A program made the translations under genes and the position numbers. DNA of 55,489 nucleotides, taken from assembly GCA_041633075.1 (NCBI GenBank), contig JBFKGZ010000003.1, forward strand, positions 1 to 55,489. Direction: 5' to 3'. Below the pieces are notes generated by a model that saw nothing but the letters and a program-made list of their open reading frames with translations, ran no database searches and was not told where the DNA came from. Positions 17,676 to 26,984 of the stretch are shown in pieces (positions within the stretch are counted from its first letter, which is position 1; each line of letters starts with the position of its first letter). This stretch comes from Candidatus Deferrimicrobiaceae bacterium (GTDB lineage Bacteria; Desulfobacterota; Deferrimicrobia; Deferrimicrobiales; Deferrimicrobiaceae).

Positions 17676-18773
17676 ATGAAACGATGGGGCGAGAGGGTTT
17701 CGGTTCTGGCGGTCCTATGCACGGTCCTGTTCTTTCCGTTTGCGGTATCCGCACAGGAGAGCCTGGGTGTGGCGCAACCGACGGAATACCCCGAAGGGCT
17801 CGTCCACGCCGTCGTCAAGGGGGATACGCTCTGGGACCTCTCCGGAAAATATCTCGGGTCTCCCTGGCTGTGGCCCGACCTCTGGGAGCGCAACCGGTTT
17901 ATCACGAACCCCCATTACATCTATCCCGGGATCCGCGTCGTGGTGTACCCTCCTCCTCCCCGAGCGTACGGGTGGGAGGGTAAGGAACCCGCCCCCTCCC
18001 CGGAAGGGGAGCCTGTCGTGACGACGCCGGAGGGCACCGTCCCGCCTGCCGCGGCCCCTTCGATGGAGGCGCTGCCGGCAAGAACCGCGCTGTCGATCTC
18101 CCCGGAGGATTTCGTGCGCGCCGGGGAGTTTACGGCGGATCGTCCGGAGGGGATCGGTTCGATCCGGGGCGGTGAGCAGGACAAGGTCGCGTTTTCGGAG
18201 GGAGACAAGGTCTATCTCGCTCTCGACAAGGAGATCCCGGAGGACCAGATTCTCGGGGTGTACCGCGTCCGGGGACCGGTCCGATCCCCTTCGGACAGGC
18301 CGGTTTCCGGTTATGTCCGGTTCCTGGTGGGTGTCCTGCAGGTGACGGGGGAGCAGAACGGACAAGTGACGGCGGTAGTTCGCAGATCGTTCGAGGACCT
18401 GGGGCGGGAAGACCAGATTCATGAGGAGATCCCGTCCTACTCCCCGGTGTATGCGCAGGAAGGGGCCGGAGGGCTCGAGGCCTACGTAATCTCCGGACGA
18501 TCGCACAAGGTGGAGCTGGCGACGGGCGATTTCGTCTATCTCGACAGGGGCGCGGACGCGGGCGTGGCGGTCGGCGACCTCTTCCGCCTTTTCCACAGGC
18601 GGGGCGGCGCGACGTGGGACGGCAGCAAAGCCATGGCGGACGTGCGCATCCAGGTGGGGAAAGCGGTGGTCGTCCGGGTCCTTCCCGGATCGGCGACCGC
18701 GTACGTGACCAAAACATCCCAGTCCTTCCCCGCGGGGGCGACCGCCAGGCGGGGAGCCGCCGAAACCCGGTGA
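17676..18773 (+). CDS. tsaP: LysM domain protein, TsaP-like (type IV pilus secretin-associated)
   Basis: Signal peptide, LysM VKGDTLWDLS..YLGSPWLWPDLWERN..ITNPHYIYPG, and a C-terminal beta domain (VYLDRG...GV..GD). The position upstream of dprA is typical of tsaP. Confidence 0.75.
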   Translation: MKRWGERVSVLAVLCTVLFFPFAVSAQESLGVAQPTEYPEGLVHAVVKGDTLWDLSGKYLGSPWLWPDLWERNRFITNPHYIYPGIRVVVYPPPPRAYGWEGKEPAPSPEGEPVVTTPEGTVPPAAAPSMEALPARTALSISPEDFVRAGEFTADRPEGIGSIRGGEQDKVAFSEGDKVYLALDKEIPEDQILGVYRVRGPVRSPSDRPVSGYVRFLVGVLQVTGEQNGQVTAVVRRSFEDLGREDQIHEEIPSYSPVYAQEGAGGLEAYVISGRSHKVELATGDFVYLDRGADAGVAVGDLFRLFHRRGGATWDGSKAMADVRIQVGKAVVVRVLPGSATAYVTKTSQSFPAGATARRGAAETR

Positions 18774-18834
18774 GGGTCGTTTTCTCGTAAGGCGCGGCAC
18801 GCGTCTTGATGGGAGGGGGGGAAACCGAAGAGAG

Positions 18835-19980
18835 GTGGCCCCCCGCGACATGACGCGCGAGCAGACGTCTGCCGACATACTCCTTCGCTTCTCCCTTGTG
18901 GAAGGGTTCAACGCCCGTCACCTGTCCCGTCTTGGGGCGATCCGGGACCATCTGCCCTCATTCGCGGGCGGGATTTCCCGACAGGGGGATTCCCTCCTGC
19001 GCCAGGGGATCGAGGCGGCTACCTCCCGGGAGGCCGGCGAGAAGGCGGACGAGGTGCGAAACGCATGCGCACGGATCGGTGCCCGCATCGTGACGCTCGG
19101 ATCCGACGGATACCCGGCGCTGCTGGCATCGATATCCGACGCGCCGCTTGTCCTGTACTGGCGGGGATCCTTTCCGACCGGCGGGAAACCGGTGGCGATC
19201 GTCGGGAGCCGGGCGCCCACCGACGCCGGGAAGGCGTTCGCGCGTGACCTGGCGGCCGACCTTGCGTTCCAAGGCGTCACCGTGGTGAGCGGGATGGCCC
19301 GCGGGATCGACGCCTCGGCTCATGAGGGGGCGCTTGCGGCCGGAGGGGAGACCGTCGCCGTCCTTGGCTGCGGCGTGGATGTCCTGTATCCCCCCGAGGC
19401 CGGGCGACTGAGGGAAACCATCCTCGGCAGGGGGGGGGTCGTCTCCGAATTTCCCCCCGGAACCCCGCCCCTGCCTCGACGGTTCCCGGCGAGGAACCGG
19501 CTCATCAGCGGGATGGCGAGGGCGGTAGTGGTGGCGGAGGCGCCGGCGAGAAGCGGAGCGCTCATTACCGCGCGATTTGCCCTCGAACAGGGAAGGGAGG
19601 TCATGGCCGTTCCGGGAAATCCCGCATTTCCCCACACGGAGGGGAGCAATCGTCTCCTTGCGGAGGGGGCAGCAATCGTCACCGGGGCGACGGACGTGCT
19701 CCAGGCCCTTGGCTGGGAAAAGGGGAGTTGCCTCTCTTCCGGTGCGGTTGGCGGAAAGGAAGAGACAACGGATGATCTCGAGCGACGCATCCTCGGGTTT
19801 CTCTCCGCGGAGCGGCACGTGAACGAAATCGCCGTTTCTCTCGACATCGCCGTGCCGGAACTGCTGCCCCGTCTCCTCGACATGGAGTTCAGAAAATTGC
19901 TTGAAAGAAAGAGGGGGGATTATTATAAACAGATGTCGCATTCGGGGAACCCCGCGCGCGGTCGCGCGCAAGGGGTTTAG
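18835..19980 (+). CDS. dprA: DNA-processing protein DprA
   Basis: YPALL..I.DAP.VLY, AIVGSR, VVSGMARGID, FPARNRLISG, SGALITA, and a C-terminal winged helix. Confidence 0.95.
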   Translation: MAPRDMTREQTSADILLRFSLVEGFNARHLSRLGAIRDHLPSFAGGISRQGDSLLRQGIEAATSREAGEKADEVRNACARIGARIVTLGSDGYPALLASISDAPLVLYWRGSFPTGGKPVAIVGSRAPTDAGKAFARDLAADLAFQGVTVVSGMARGIDASAHEGALAAGGETVAVLGCGVDVLYPPEAGRLRETILGRGGVVSEFPPGTPPLPRRFPARNRLISGMARAVVVAEAPARSGALITARFALEQGREVMAVPGNPAFPHTEGSNRLLAEGAAIVTGATDVLQALGWEKGSCLSSGAVGGKEETTDDLERRILGFLSAERHVNEIAVSLDIAVPELLPRLLDMEFRKLLERKRGDYYKQMSHSGNPARGRAQGV

Positions 19981-19993
19981 CCCAGGAGGAAGA

Positions 19994-22357
19994 ATGGCCA
20001 AGTCGCTCATCATCGTCGAATCCCCAGCAAAGGCCAGGACGATAAAAAAGATCCTCGGGAGGGGGTACCAGGTCCTGCCGTCCATGGGTCACGTGAAGGA
20101 CCTCCCGAAAAGCCGGCTGGGGGTGGACGTAGAAAAGGGATTTGCACCCTCTTACATCGTCATCAGGGACCGGAAGAAGGTCCTTTCCGAGATTGTGGAC
20201 GCATCCCGCTCGGTGAAGACGGTCTATCTTGCTCCCGACCCGGACCGGGAAGGGGAGGCGATCGCCTGGCATATCGCCGAAGCGATCCGCGTCGGAGGCG
20301 CCAAACGCCGGAAAGGGAAGATGGCGGAGGCGCCCGGTCCCCCCGTCGAGGTCCGGCGGGTTCTCTTTCACGAGATCACGAAAAAAGGCGTCACCCAGGG
20401 GATGACAAACCCCCTTCCCCTCGATAAAAACAAGTTCGACTCCCAGCAGGCCCGGCGCATCCTCGACCGGATCGTGGGCTACTCCTTGAGTCCCCTTCTC
20501 TGGAAGAAGGTCCGGCGTGGACTCTCCGCGGGGAGGGTCCAGTCCGTCGCCGTTAAGATCATTTCGAACAGGGAGAAGGAGATCGCCTCCTTTATCCCCG
20601 AGGAATACTGGTCGCTCACCGCGCTCTTCGCGGGGAGCGTTCCTCCCGAATTCACAGCGAAGCTCGTGGAGGCGGGGGGAGAGAAGGTACGCCCCCGGAC
20701 CGGGGAGGAGACACTCGTCCTCCACAAGGCGGTCGAGAACGGGCCGTTCCGGGTCCGGGAGATCCAAAAGAAGATGCGGCGGCGCTCCCCGCCTCCGCCG
20801 TTCACCACATCCAAGCTCCAGCAGGAGGGGGCGAAAAAGCTGCGCATGCCTTCCTACCGGACGATGATGGTCGCCCAGTCGCTCTACGAGGGGGTCGACG
20901 TCCCCGACGCAGGGCTCATAGGCCTCATCACGTACATGCGGACCGACTCCGTGCGGGTGGCGACCGAGGCGGTGAGCGCCGCGCGCGACCACATCCTGGC
21001 GGCGCACGGCGAGGCGTATCTGCCGCCGGCTCCCCACACCTACCGGAACCGGCGATCCGCACAGGATGCCCACGAGGCGATTCGACCGACCTCGATGGAG
21101 TACCCGCCGCCTGCGGTCAAGCCAATCCTTTCCCGCGACCAGTACCGGCTGTACGAACTGATCTGGAACCGATTCGTCGCGTCCCAGATGGCGGCCGCGG
21201 AGTTCGAACAGACCACCATCGACGTCCTCTGCGAACCCGCCGGTTCCCCGCCCGGTGGGTACCTGTTCCGCGCGACGGGCTCCATTCCCCGGTTCCTGGG
21301 GTATCTCGAACTATACGAAGAGGGGAACGGTCCGCAGCCCGACCCGGCGGCCGGGGACCAGAAGGAGGAAAAGAGCGGGGAGAAGGTCGAGGGGAACGTC
21401 CTGCCGGACCTTTCGGAAGGGGAGTCCCTTGCGCTCCGGGAGCTTGTGGACGCGCAGCACTTCACCCAGCCGCCCCCCCGGTTTACCGAGAGCTCTCTCA
21501 TCAAGGAACTGGAGGAGCAGGGAATCGGGCGGCCGTCCACGTACGCCTCGATCGTGAAGACGATCCGGGACCGGGGGTACGTCCGGATGGAGGACAGGAA
21601 GTTCCTCCCCACGGAACTCGGGCAGATCGTCACGGATCTCCTCGAAAAGAGTTTCCCGAACGTGATGGACGTGGCCTTTACCGCCAAGCTGGAAGAAGAG
21701 CTCGACCAGATCGAGGAGGGGGAGCTCGAGATGGCCCGGGCGCTCGACGATTTCTACCAGCCGTTTTCGGAGGAACTCGAGCGGGCGAAGAACGCGATGC
21801 CGGAGCTCAAGGACGAGCTCATCGCGACGGGAATATCCTGCCCGTCCTGCGGGGGGGAGATGGTGATCCGGTTCGGGAGGTCGGGGAAGTTTCTCGCGTG
21901 CCGGAATTACCCGGGGTGCCGTCATACGGCGAACTTCCGGGAGACCCCCGACGGGGGCGTGGAACTGGCCCCGGACGAGGAGGCGGGCGTATCGTGCGAC
22001 AAGTGCGGAAAGCCCATGATCGTGCGCCGCTGGAAGGGCTCCCGGTACATCGCCTGTTCCGGCTACCCCGAGTGCCGCGCCAGCCGCCCGTACGGGATCG
22101 GGGTGAAATGCCCCGAGTGCGGGGAGGGAGAGATGGTCGAGCGGGCCTCCCGGGCCGGGAAGATGTTCTTCAGCTGTTCGCGCTACCCCGATTGCCGGTT
22201 TGCCTCCTGGAGCCTGCCGGTTGCCGGTCCCTGCCCGGTCTGCGGATATCCCGCGATGACGGAGAAGATCCGGAGGGGCGGGAAGACGCAGATCGTATGT
22301 CTTCGCAAGGGTTGCAAGGGAAAGAAGGAGGAAGAACCGGTCGCCGGGACGGGGTGA
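19994..22357 (+). CDS. topA: DNA topoisomerase I
   Basis: IVESPAKA, DPDREGEAI, SAGRVQS, ITYMRTDS, AHEAIRPT, GIGRPSTYA, and C-terminal Zn-ribbons. ATG 19994 has a GGAGG RBS. Confidence 0.97.
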   Translation: MAKSLIIVESPAKARTIKKILGRGYQVLPSMGHVKDLPKSRLGVDVEKGFAPSYIVIRDRKKVLSEIVDASRSVKTVYLAPDPDREGEAIAWHIAEAIRVGGAKRRKGKMAEAPGPPVEVRRVLFHEITKKGVTQGMTNPLPLDKNKFDSQQARRILDRIVGYSLSPLLWKKVRRGLSAGRVQSVAVKIISNREKEIASFIPEEYWSLTALFAGSVPPEFTAKLVEAGGEKVRPRTGEETLVLHKAVENGPFRVREIQKKMRRRSPPPPFTTSKLQQEGAKKLRMPSYRTMMVAQSLYEGVDVPDAGLIGLITYMRTDSVRVATEAVSAARDHILAAHGEAYLPPAPHTYRNRRSAQDAHEAIRPTSMEYPPPAVKPILSRDQYRLYELIWNRFVASQMAAAEFEQTTIDVLCEPAGSPPGGYLFRATGSIPRFLGYLELYEEGNGPQPDPAAGDQKEEKSGEKVEGNVLPDLSEGESLALRELVDAQHFTQPPPRFTESSLIKELEEQGIGRPSTYASIVKTIRDRGYVRMEDRKFLPTELGQIVTDLLEKSFPNVMDVAFTAKLEEELDQIEEGELEMARALDDFYQPFSEELERAKNAMPELKDELIATGISCPSCGGEMVIRFGRSGKFLACRNYPGCRHTANFRETPDGGVELAPDEEAGVSCDKCGKPMIVRRWKGSRYIACSGYPECRASRPYGIGVKCPECGEGEMVERASRAGKMFFSCSRYPDCRFASWSLPVAGPCPVCGYPAMTEKIRRGGKTQIVCLRKGCKGKKEEEPVAGTG

Positions 22358-22396
22358 TTCCCCCGGGAAACCCTGCGCGGCCCCAAGGAGCGGGAA

Positions 22397-23821
22397 GTGA
22401 AGGAATACATTCTCGTTGTAGACGACGAGCAGAGTCTGCGGCAGTTCCTCGAGATCTTTCTCGGGAAGGAAGGGTACCGGGTCGACACGGCCGCTTCCCT
22501 GGAAGAGGCGAAAAAGGCCATCGGGCAAAACGTCTACGACCTTGTCCTGACCGACCTGCGGATGACCGGGGAAGACGACGGCCTGAAGGTCCTCCGTGCG
22601 GCGATCCAGAAGAATCCGTCCACCGAGGTAGTGGTGATGACCGCCTACGCCGAACACAAGTCGGCGGTCGAGGCGATGAAGCTCGGTGCCTACGATTACG
22701 TCGACAAGGAGGCGCTCAACCTCGGGGCGGACACCATCACCAAGCCGTTCGACCTCGGCCAGATGCGCGAATTCATCCGGAAGGCGATCGCCCGCAAGGA
22801 AACGGCCGACATCCGGAGCCGGGCGCTTCGGGAGGAGGTCCAGGAAAAATCGTCGTACGCGGGGATCGTCGGACGATGCGAGCCGATGCTGCGGATCTTC
22901 GAGATGATCGAGCGGGTGGCGCCCACCAACGCCAACGTGATGGTCATGGGGGAAAGCGGGACCGGGAAGGAGCTGATTGCCTCGGCCCTGCATTCCCGGA
23001 GCGAGAGGAGGGAGTACCCGTACGTCCCCATCAACTGCGCGGCCATTCCCGAAACGCTGATGGAGAGCGAGCTGTTCGGCCACATGCGCGGCGCCTTCAC
23101 GGGGGCGGTACAGCAGAAGAAAGGGTTGTTCGAGCAGGGCCACCGGGGGACATTGTTTCTCGATGAGGTGGGAGAACTCCCCCACGGCATGCAGAGCAAA
23201 CTGCTGCGGGCGATCCAGGAGCGGTCCTTCCGTCGGATCGGCGGCAATGACGACATCTCCGTGGACGTCCGGATCATCTGCGCCTCCAAGCAGAACCTCG
23301 AGGAGTGGATGAAGGAAGGCCGGTTCCGGGACGATCTCTTCTTCCGGCTCAACGTCATCCAGATCGTGGTTCCCGCCCTGCGCGATCGACGGGAGGATAT
23401 CCCGATCCTCGCACGGCATTTCCTGACGAAGTTCGCCGAAAAGATGGGCAAGCGACCTCCCCGGATCGACGGCGAAGCGCTGCGCGCGCTGATTTCCTAC
23501 GATTTCCCGGGGAACGTAAGGGAGCTGGAAAACATCCTCGAGAGAGCGACGATCATAGAGACAAAAGACGTCATATCGTTGGACTCCCTACCCCCGAATG
23601 TGACAAAAATGGGCACCCAGGAGGATGTCGTGATCCCGTTTTCGCCGGATATTCTCGACGGGGATAAGGTGTCGATCGATGCGGAGATGGACAGGCTCGA
23701 AAAATCGATGCTCCTCAAAGCCTTGGAAAAGACGGGCGGGAACAAGACCGAAGCGGCCAAACTCCTAAATATATCCTTCCGTTCCATGCGTTACCGACTT
23801 GAGAAGCACGGAATCGAATAG
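22397..23821 (+). CDS. pilR: Sigma54-dependent response regulator, PilR-like
   Basis: Receiver (VVDDE, TDLRM), GESGTGKE, ESELFGH..GAFTGA, FPGNVRELEN, and a Fis HTH 'ISFRSMRYRL'. Immediately upstream of the pilins. Confidence 0.88.
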   Translation: MKEYILVVDDEQSLRQFLEIFLGKEGYRVDTAASLEEAKKAIGQNVYDLVLTDLRMTGEDDGLKVLRAAIQKNPSTEVVVMTAYAEHKSAVEAMKLGAYDYVDKEALNLGADTITKPFDLGQMREFIRKAIARKETADIRSRALREEVQEKSSYAGIVGRCEPMLRIFEMIERVAPTNANVMVMGESGTGKELIASALHSRSERREYPYVPINCAAIPETLMESELFGHMRGAFTGAVQQKKGLFEQGHRGTLFLDEVGELPHGMQSKLLRAIQERSFRRIGGNDDISVDVRIICASKQNLEEWMKEGRFRDDLFFRLNVIQIVVPALRDRREDIPILARHFLTKFAEKMGKRPPRIDGEALRALISYDFPGNVRELENILERATIIETKDVISLDSLPPNVTKMGTQEDVVIPFSPDILDGDKVSIDAEMDRLEKSMLLKALEKTGGNKTEAAKLLNISFRSMRYRLEKHGIE

Positions 23822-23822
23822 T

Positions 23823-23838
23823 CGGCACGCAATCTGCA
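23823..23838 (+). promoter_or_regulatory. Putative sigma54 (-24/-12) promoter of the first pilin
   Basis: CGGCACGCAATCTGCA, with GG-N10-GC spacing. Confidence 0.55.
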
Positions 23839-23886
23839 ATACCTTCCGGAAACGTGTTTGTTTCGCTTGCCTTTGCGAGGTGAGAT

Positions 23887-24318
23887 TTGCAAGAAAACAA
23901 GGGATTTACCCTGATCGAGCTGATGATCGTCGTGGCGATCATCGCCATCCTCGCCGCCATCGCCATCCCGAATTTCCTCAGTTTCGTCAGCAAGACCAGA
24001 AGGTCGGAAGTGAAATCCAATCTGTCGGCCATTTACAAGGCCGAGCTTTCCTACTTCGGGGAAAATGACACGTTTTCGCCCAGTTTTGCCGAGATCCGCT
24101 GGGTCCCGATCGGGAATGCCTCCTACACCTACACCCTGGGGGTCGAGGAGTGGGGCAAGGACAATACGGCAAATCCAAGACCCGCTTCCGTTGCTCCGGT
24201 GGCGAGTGACAATGCGTTCCTTGCGTACGGTTGGGGAAATATCGATACCGATACCGATGTGGATATCTGGACCATCAACGAGTTGAATAGCCTGGTCATC
24301 GATGTGTCCGATATCTGA
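23887..24318 (+). CDS. Type IVa pilin paralog (PilA-like)
   Basis: Leader MQENKG|[24 protein letters not shown]. Collinear with the downstream pilin. TTG start with a GAGGTG RBS. Confidence 0.9.
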   Translation: MQENKGFTLIELMIVVAIIAILAAIAIPNFLSFVSKTRRSEVKSNLSAIYKAELSYFGENDTFSPSFAEIRWVPIGNASYTYTLGVEEWGKDNTANPRPASVAPVASDNAFLAYGWGNIDTDTDVDIWTINELNSLVIDVSDI

Positions 24319-24326
24319 ATGCAGGT

Positions 24327-24341
24327 TGGCACGTGTATTGC
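24327..24341 (+). promoter_or_regulatory. Sigma54 (-24/-12) promoter of pilA
   Basis: TGGCAC-GTGTA-TTGC is a perfect consensus match. Confidence 0.85.
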
Positions 24342-24390
24342 GTAAGGAAGGGGAAAACGAGTTTAACAACCTTAAAAGGAGGGTAAAGAA

Positions 24391-24867
24391 ATGGTAAGGA
24401 ACAAGAAAGGGTTCACACTGATCGAGTTGATGATCGTCGTTGCGATCATCGGCATCCTGGCGGCGATCGCCATTCCGAACTTCCTCAAGTTCCAGGCGAA
24501 GTCGAAACAGTCGGAAGCGAAGACCAACCTGAAGGCGATCTACACGGCGCAAACGGGGTACTTCGGCGAAAACAACACCTACAACACGTTCGACAGTATC
24601 AACTGGGAACCCGTCGGTGCCGCCCGGTACACCTATTCCGTAGGTTCCGACAACGGCGTTGCGTCCCCTCCGGGGGCAGGCACTCTCTTCGACATCGTGG
24701 GCACGTCGGCGGCGGTGTCGGATTTAACGATCACCCCGCTGGTGGGCGCCAACAACTTCCTCGCGGGTGCGGTCGGCAACATCGACTCCGATACGGGAGC
24801 GGGGAACTTTGACGAATGGTCGATCAACGACAACAACTCCCTGATCAATGTAAATAACGACGTGTAA
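24391..24867 (+). CDS. pilA: Type IVa major pilin
   Basis: KG|[50 protein letters not shown] (Myxococcus PilA-like N-terminus). Strong AGGAGG RBS, consensus sigma54 promoter and its own terminator. Confidence 0.93.
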   Translation: MVRNKKGFTLIELMIVVAIIGILAAIAIPNFLKFQAKSKQSEAKTNLKAIYTAQTGYFGENNTYNTFDSINWEPVGAARYTYSVGSDNGVASPPGAGTLFDIVGTSAAVSDLTITPLVGANNFLAGAVGNIDSDTGAGNFDEWSINDNNSLINVNNDV

Positions 24868-24878
24868 CAGGAGTTGCT

Positions 24879-24961
24879 CCGGGGAACCGCGAGCGGTTCC
24901 CTGGCATATCGCAGCATCGCGGGAATGGGGGGCATTGCCCCCCATTCCCGTTGCTGTTTTT
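24879..24961 (+). terminator. Double hairpin / strong Rho-independent terminator after pilA
   Basis: GGAACCG-CGAG-CGGTTCC, then CGGGAATGGGGGGC-ATT-GCCCCCCATTCCCG followed by TTGCTGTTTTT. Confidence 0.85.
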
Positions 24962-25075
24962 CGGCAAGTAGATTCCCTCCGTTCCTCCGATGCGGGAACG
25001 AATCGGGATATCCGAGAGTTCACACTTTCCGTTGTTCTCCAGGAATAGGTTTTGGTAAAGTTGCCCAGAGGGATA

Positions 25076-25984
25076 ATGAACAAACAGACGACGATCTTCG
25101 ATCCGAAGGGAGTTCCTCTCCTTCTTTGGGGCGTACCTTTCCTGTTCCTGCTCTTTTCCGCTCTCCTCTCCTCGCGCATTTACACCGATCGGGAGCGGGC
25201 AACGGCGGGGCGGGAAGACATCCGGATGGCAAGGAGCCAGAGCCTCCTTCACGGAATCAGCCTTCATCCGTCGTTCACCTTCGGGTTCCGAAACCTTTTC
25301 GCCGACATTTCCTGGCTTGGGGCCGTCCAGGTGGCAGGGTCCCGGAAGCTTACCCGAAACGAATACGACCGACTGGCCCTCATGATTCAGACCGTCATCG
25401 ATTTCGATCCGAGATTCAAGGTGCCCTATCTGCTGGGGGGGTTGCTTCTCGGGGATTCCCGGGCCCACGTCCACGAGGCCTTGAAGATTCTCGACCAGGG
25501 CAGGGCGAACCACCCGGACGACTGGAGGTTCCCGTTCTACGTGGGGTACCTCCACTATTTTTCCCTGGGGGACCCGATGGAAGGGGGCAAGGCCCTGGAA
25601 TCGGCGGCAAAAATCGGCAATAGTCCTCCCTATCTTCCTTTGCTGGCCGCGCGGATGTTTTCGGAAGGGAGGAAACCCGAAACAGCGCTGCGGTTTCTCA
25701 ACGGGATGATGAAACACGAGAACGACCCTGTTCGCCTGGAGGTCCTCAGGCGCCGCATCCGCGAGGTGGTCGCGGAGCGGGACATGCAGCGGCTGGAGAG
25801 TGCCGTGGAGGCGTACCGGGAAAAAACCGGGAGGCTCCCGAAAGAGCTCTCGGACCTTGTCCGGGAAGGGATGATCGCCCGGGTCCCCGAGGAGCCCCAT
25901 GGCGGCAGATACCTGCTCCTCCCCGACGGGAAGATCAGCAGCAGCCGGGTGCGGGAGCGCCTGAAGGTATTTCGGAAGCAATGA
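25076..25984 (+). CDS. Pilus accessory TPR-like membrane-anchored protein (myxobacterial PilG / Geobacter Xap-like)
   Basis: N-terminal TM, 'ADISWL', 'FDPRF..Y', 'G...HPDDWRFPFYVG', and a C-terminal pseudopilin-like 'Y..K.GRLP..L.DLV.EG....P.EP.GG.Y'. Lies between pilA and the ABC genes. Confidence 0.65.
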   Translation: MNKQTTIFDPKGVPLLLWGVPFLFLLFSALLSSRIYTDRERATAGREDIRMARSQSLLHGISLHPSFTFGFRNLFADISWLGAVQVAGSRKLTRNEYDRLALMIQTVIDFDPRFKVPYLLGGLLLGDSRAHVHEALKILDQGRANHPDDWRFPFYVGYLHYFSLGDPMEGGKALESAAKIGNSPPYLPLLAARMFSEGRKPETALRFLNGMMKHENDPVRLEVLRRRIREVVAERDMQRLESAVEAYREKTGRLPKELSDLVREGMIARVPEEPHGGRYLLLPDGKISSSRVRERLKVFRKQ

Positions 25985-26973
25985 GCAGGACGGATTGCCC
26001 GATCAGAGTCGAAGGGTTGGCGAAGTCCTACCCGACGGGGTTCTGGCGGAAACGCATACGCGTGCTCACCGACCTCTCCTTCTCGGTGGAGAGAAACGAG
26101 ATTGTCGGGTTCCTCGGGCCGAATGGCGCCGGAAAGACGACGACCATCAAGATCCTGAACCGGCTGGCCTTTCCCGATTCCGGCACGGTCACGGTCTTCG
26201 GGGAAGAGGCTGGCCGCAGGCCCGAATTGCGCCGGCGAATCGGGTTCATGCCGGAGCAGCCCTACTTCTACGAGTACCTTACGGGCGAGGAATTTCTGGG
26301 GCTTTGCGGACACCTGAACGGACTCTCCCGCGCGGAAATCCGGAGGGAGTCCCGGAAGATGCTTTCCCGGGTGGGGCTTGACGGAGCGGGGCGAACCGCC
26401 ATCCGGAAATATTCGAAAGGGATGATGCAGCGGCTCGGCCTCGCCCAGGCGCTGTTGCACGACCCGGAGCTGGTGATCCTGGACGAGCCGATGTCCGGAC
26501 TCGATCCGGTGGGCCGGATGGAGGTGAGAAACCTTATCCTGGAGCAGAAGGCCTCCGGCAAGACGGTCTTTTTCAGCTCCCACATCATCTCCGACGTGGA
26601 GGCGCTATGCGACCGGGTCATCATTCTGCTGAAAGGGAGGAAGGTCGCGGAGGGATCGGTGGAGGAGCTGGTGGGCAGGGAAGGGATCCAATATGTCGAA
26701 CTTCTCTTTTCGCCGGTCCCGGACGAAGGGAGCCTTTTCCGTTTGGGTGTTCCCCCGGGGAAGGCCACGGTTCGCGGAAACGCGGTCGTCCTTCGGGCGA
26801 AAGACTACGATGAGGCCAACCACTGGATCGGGACGTTCCGCGAGGCCGGTTCGCTCGTCTACTCCTGCGTTCCCGTGAAGAGGCACCTCGAGGACATCTA
26901 CGTCGAGCAGGTGGCCGGCAGCGAGAAGGACGGCTCCCCGGGTTTCGGCCCGGAAACTTCCCGGGGCGGGTGA
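25981..26973 (+). CDS. ABC transporter ATP-binding protein (myxobacterial PilH-like)
   Basis: GPNGAGKTT, YSKGMMQR, ILDEPMSGLDP, FSSHI. Confidence 0.9.
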   Translation: MSRTDCPIRVEGLAKSYPTGFWRKRIRVLTDLSFSVERNEIVGFLGPNGAGKTTTIKILNRLAFPDSGTVTVFGEEAGRRPELRRRIGFMPEQPYFYEYLTGEEFLGLCGHLNGLSRAEIRRESRKMLSRVGLDGAGRTAIRKYSKGMMQRLGLAQALLHDPELVILDEPMSGLDPVGRMEVRNLILEQKASGKTVFFSSHIISDVEALCDRVIILLKGRKVAEGSVEELVGREGIQYVELLFSPVPDEGSLFRLGVPPGKATVRGNAVVLRAKDYDEANHWIGTFREAGSLVYSCVPVKRHLEDIYVEQVAGSEKDGSPGFGPETSRGG

Positions 26974-26984
26974 AAGGGTACGGC

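Noticed and set aside
21311-23419. 702-aa minus-strand ORF and other long antisense ORFs (e.g. 15550-17001, 44801-46180, 52412-54034)
   Set aside because: These are typical stop-poor shadows of well-supported genes in high-GC DNA.
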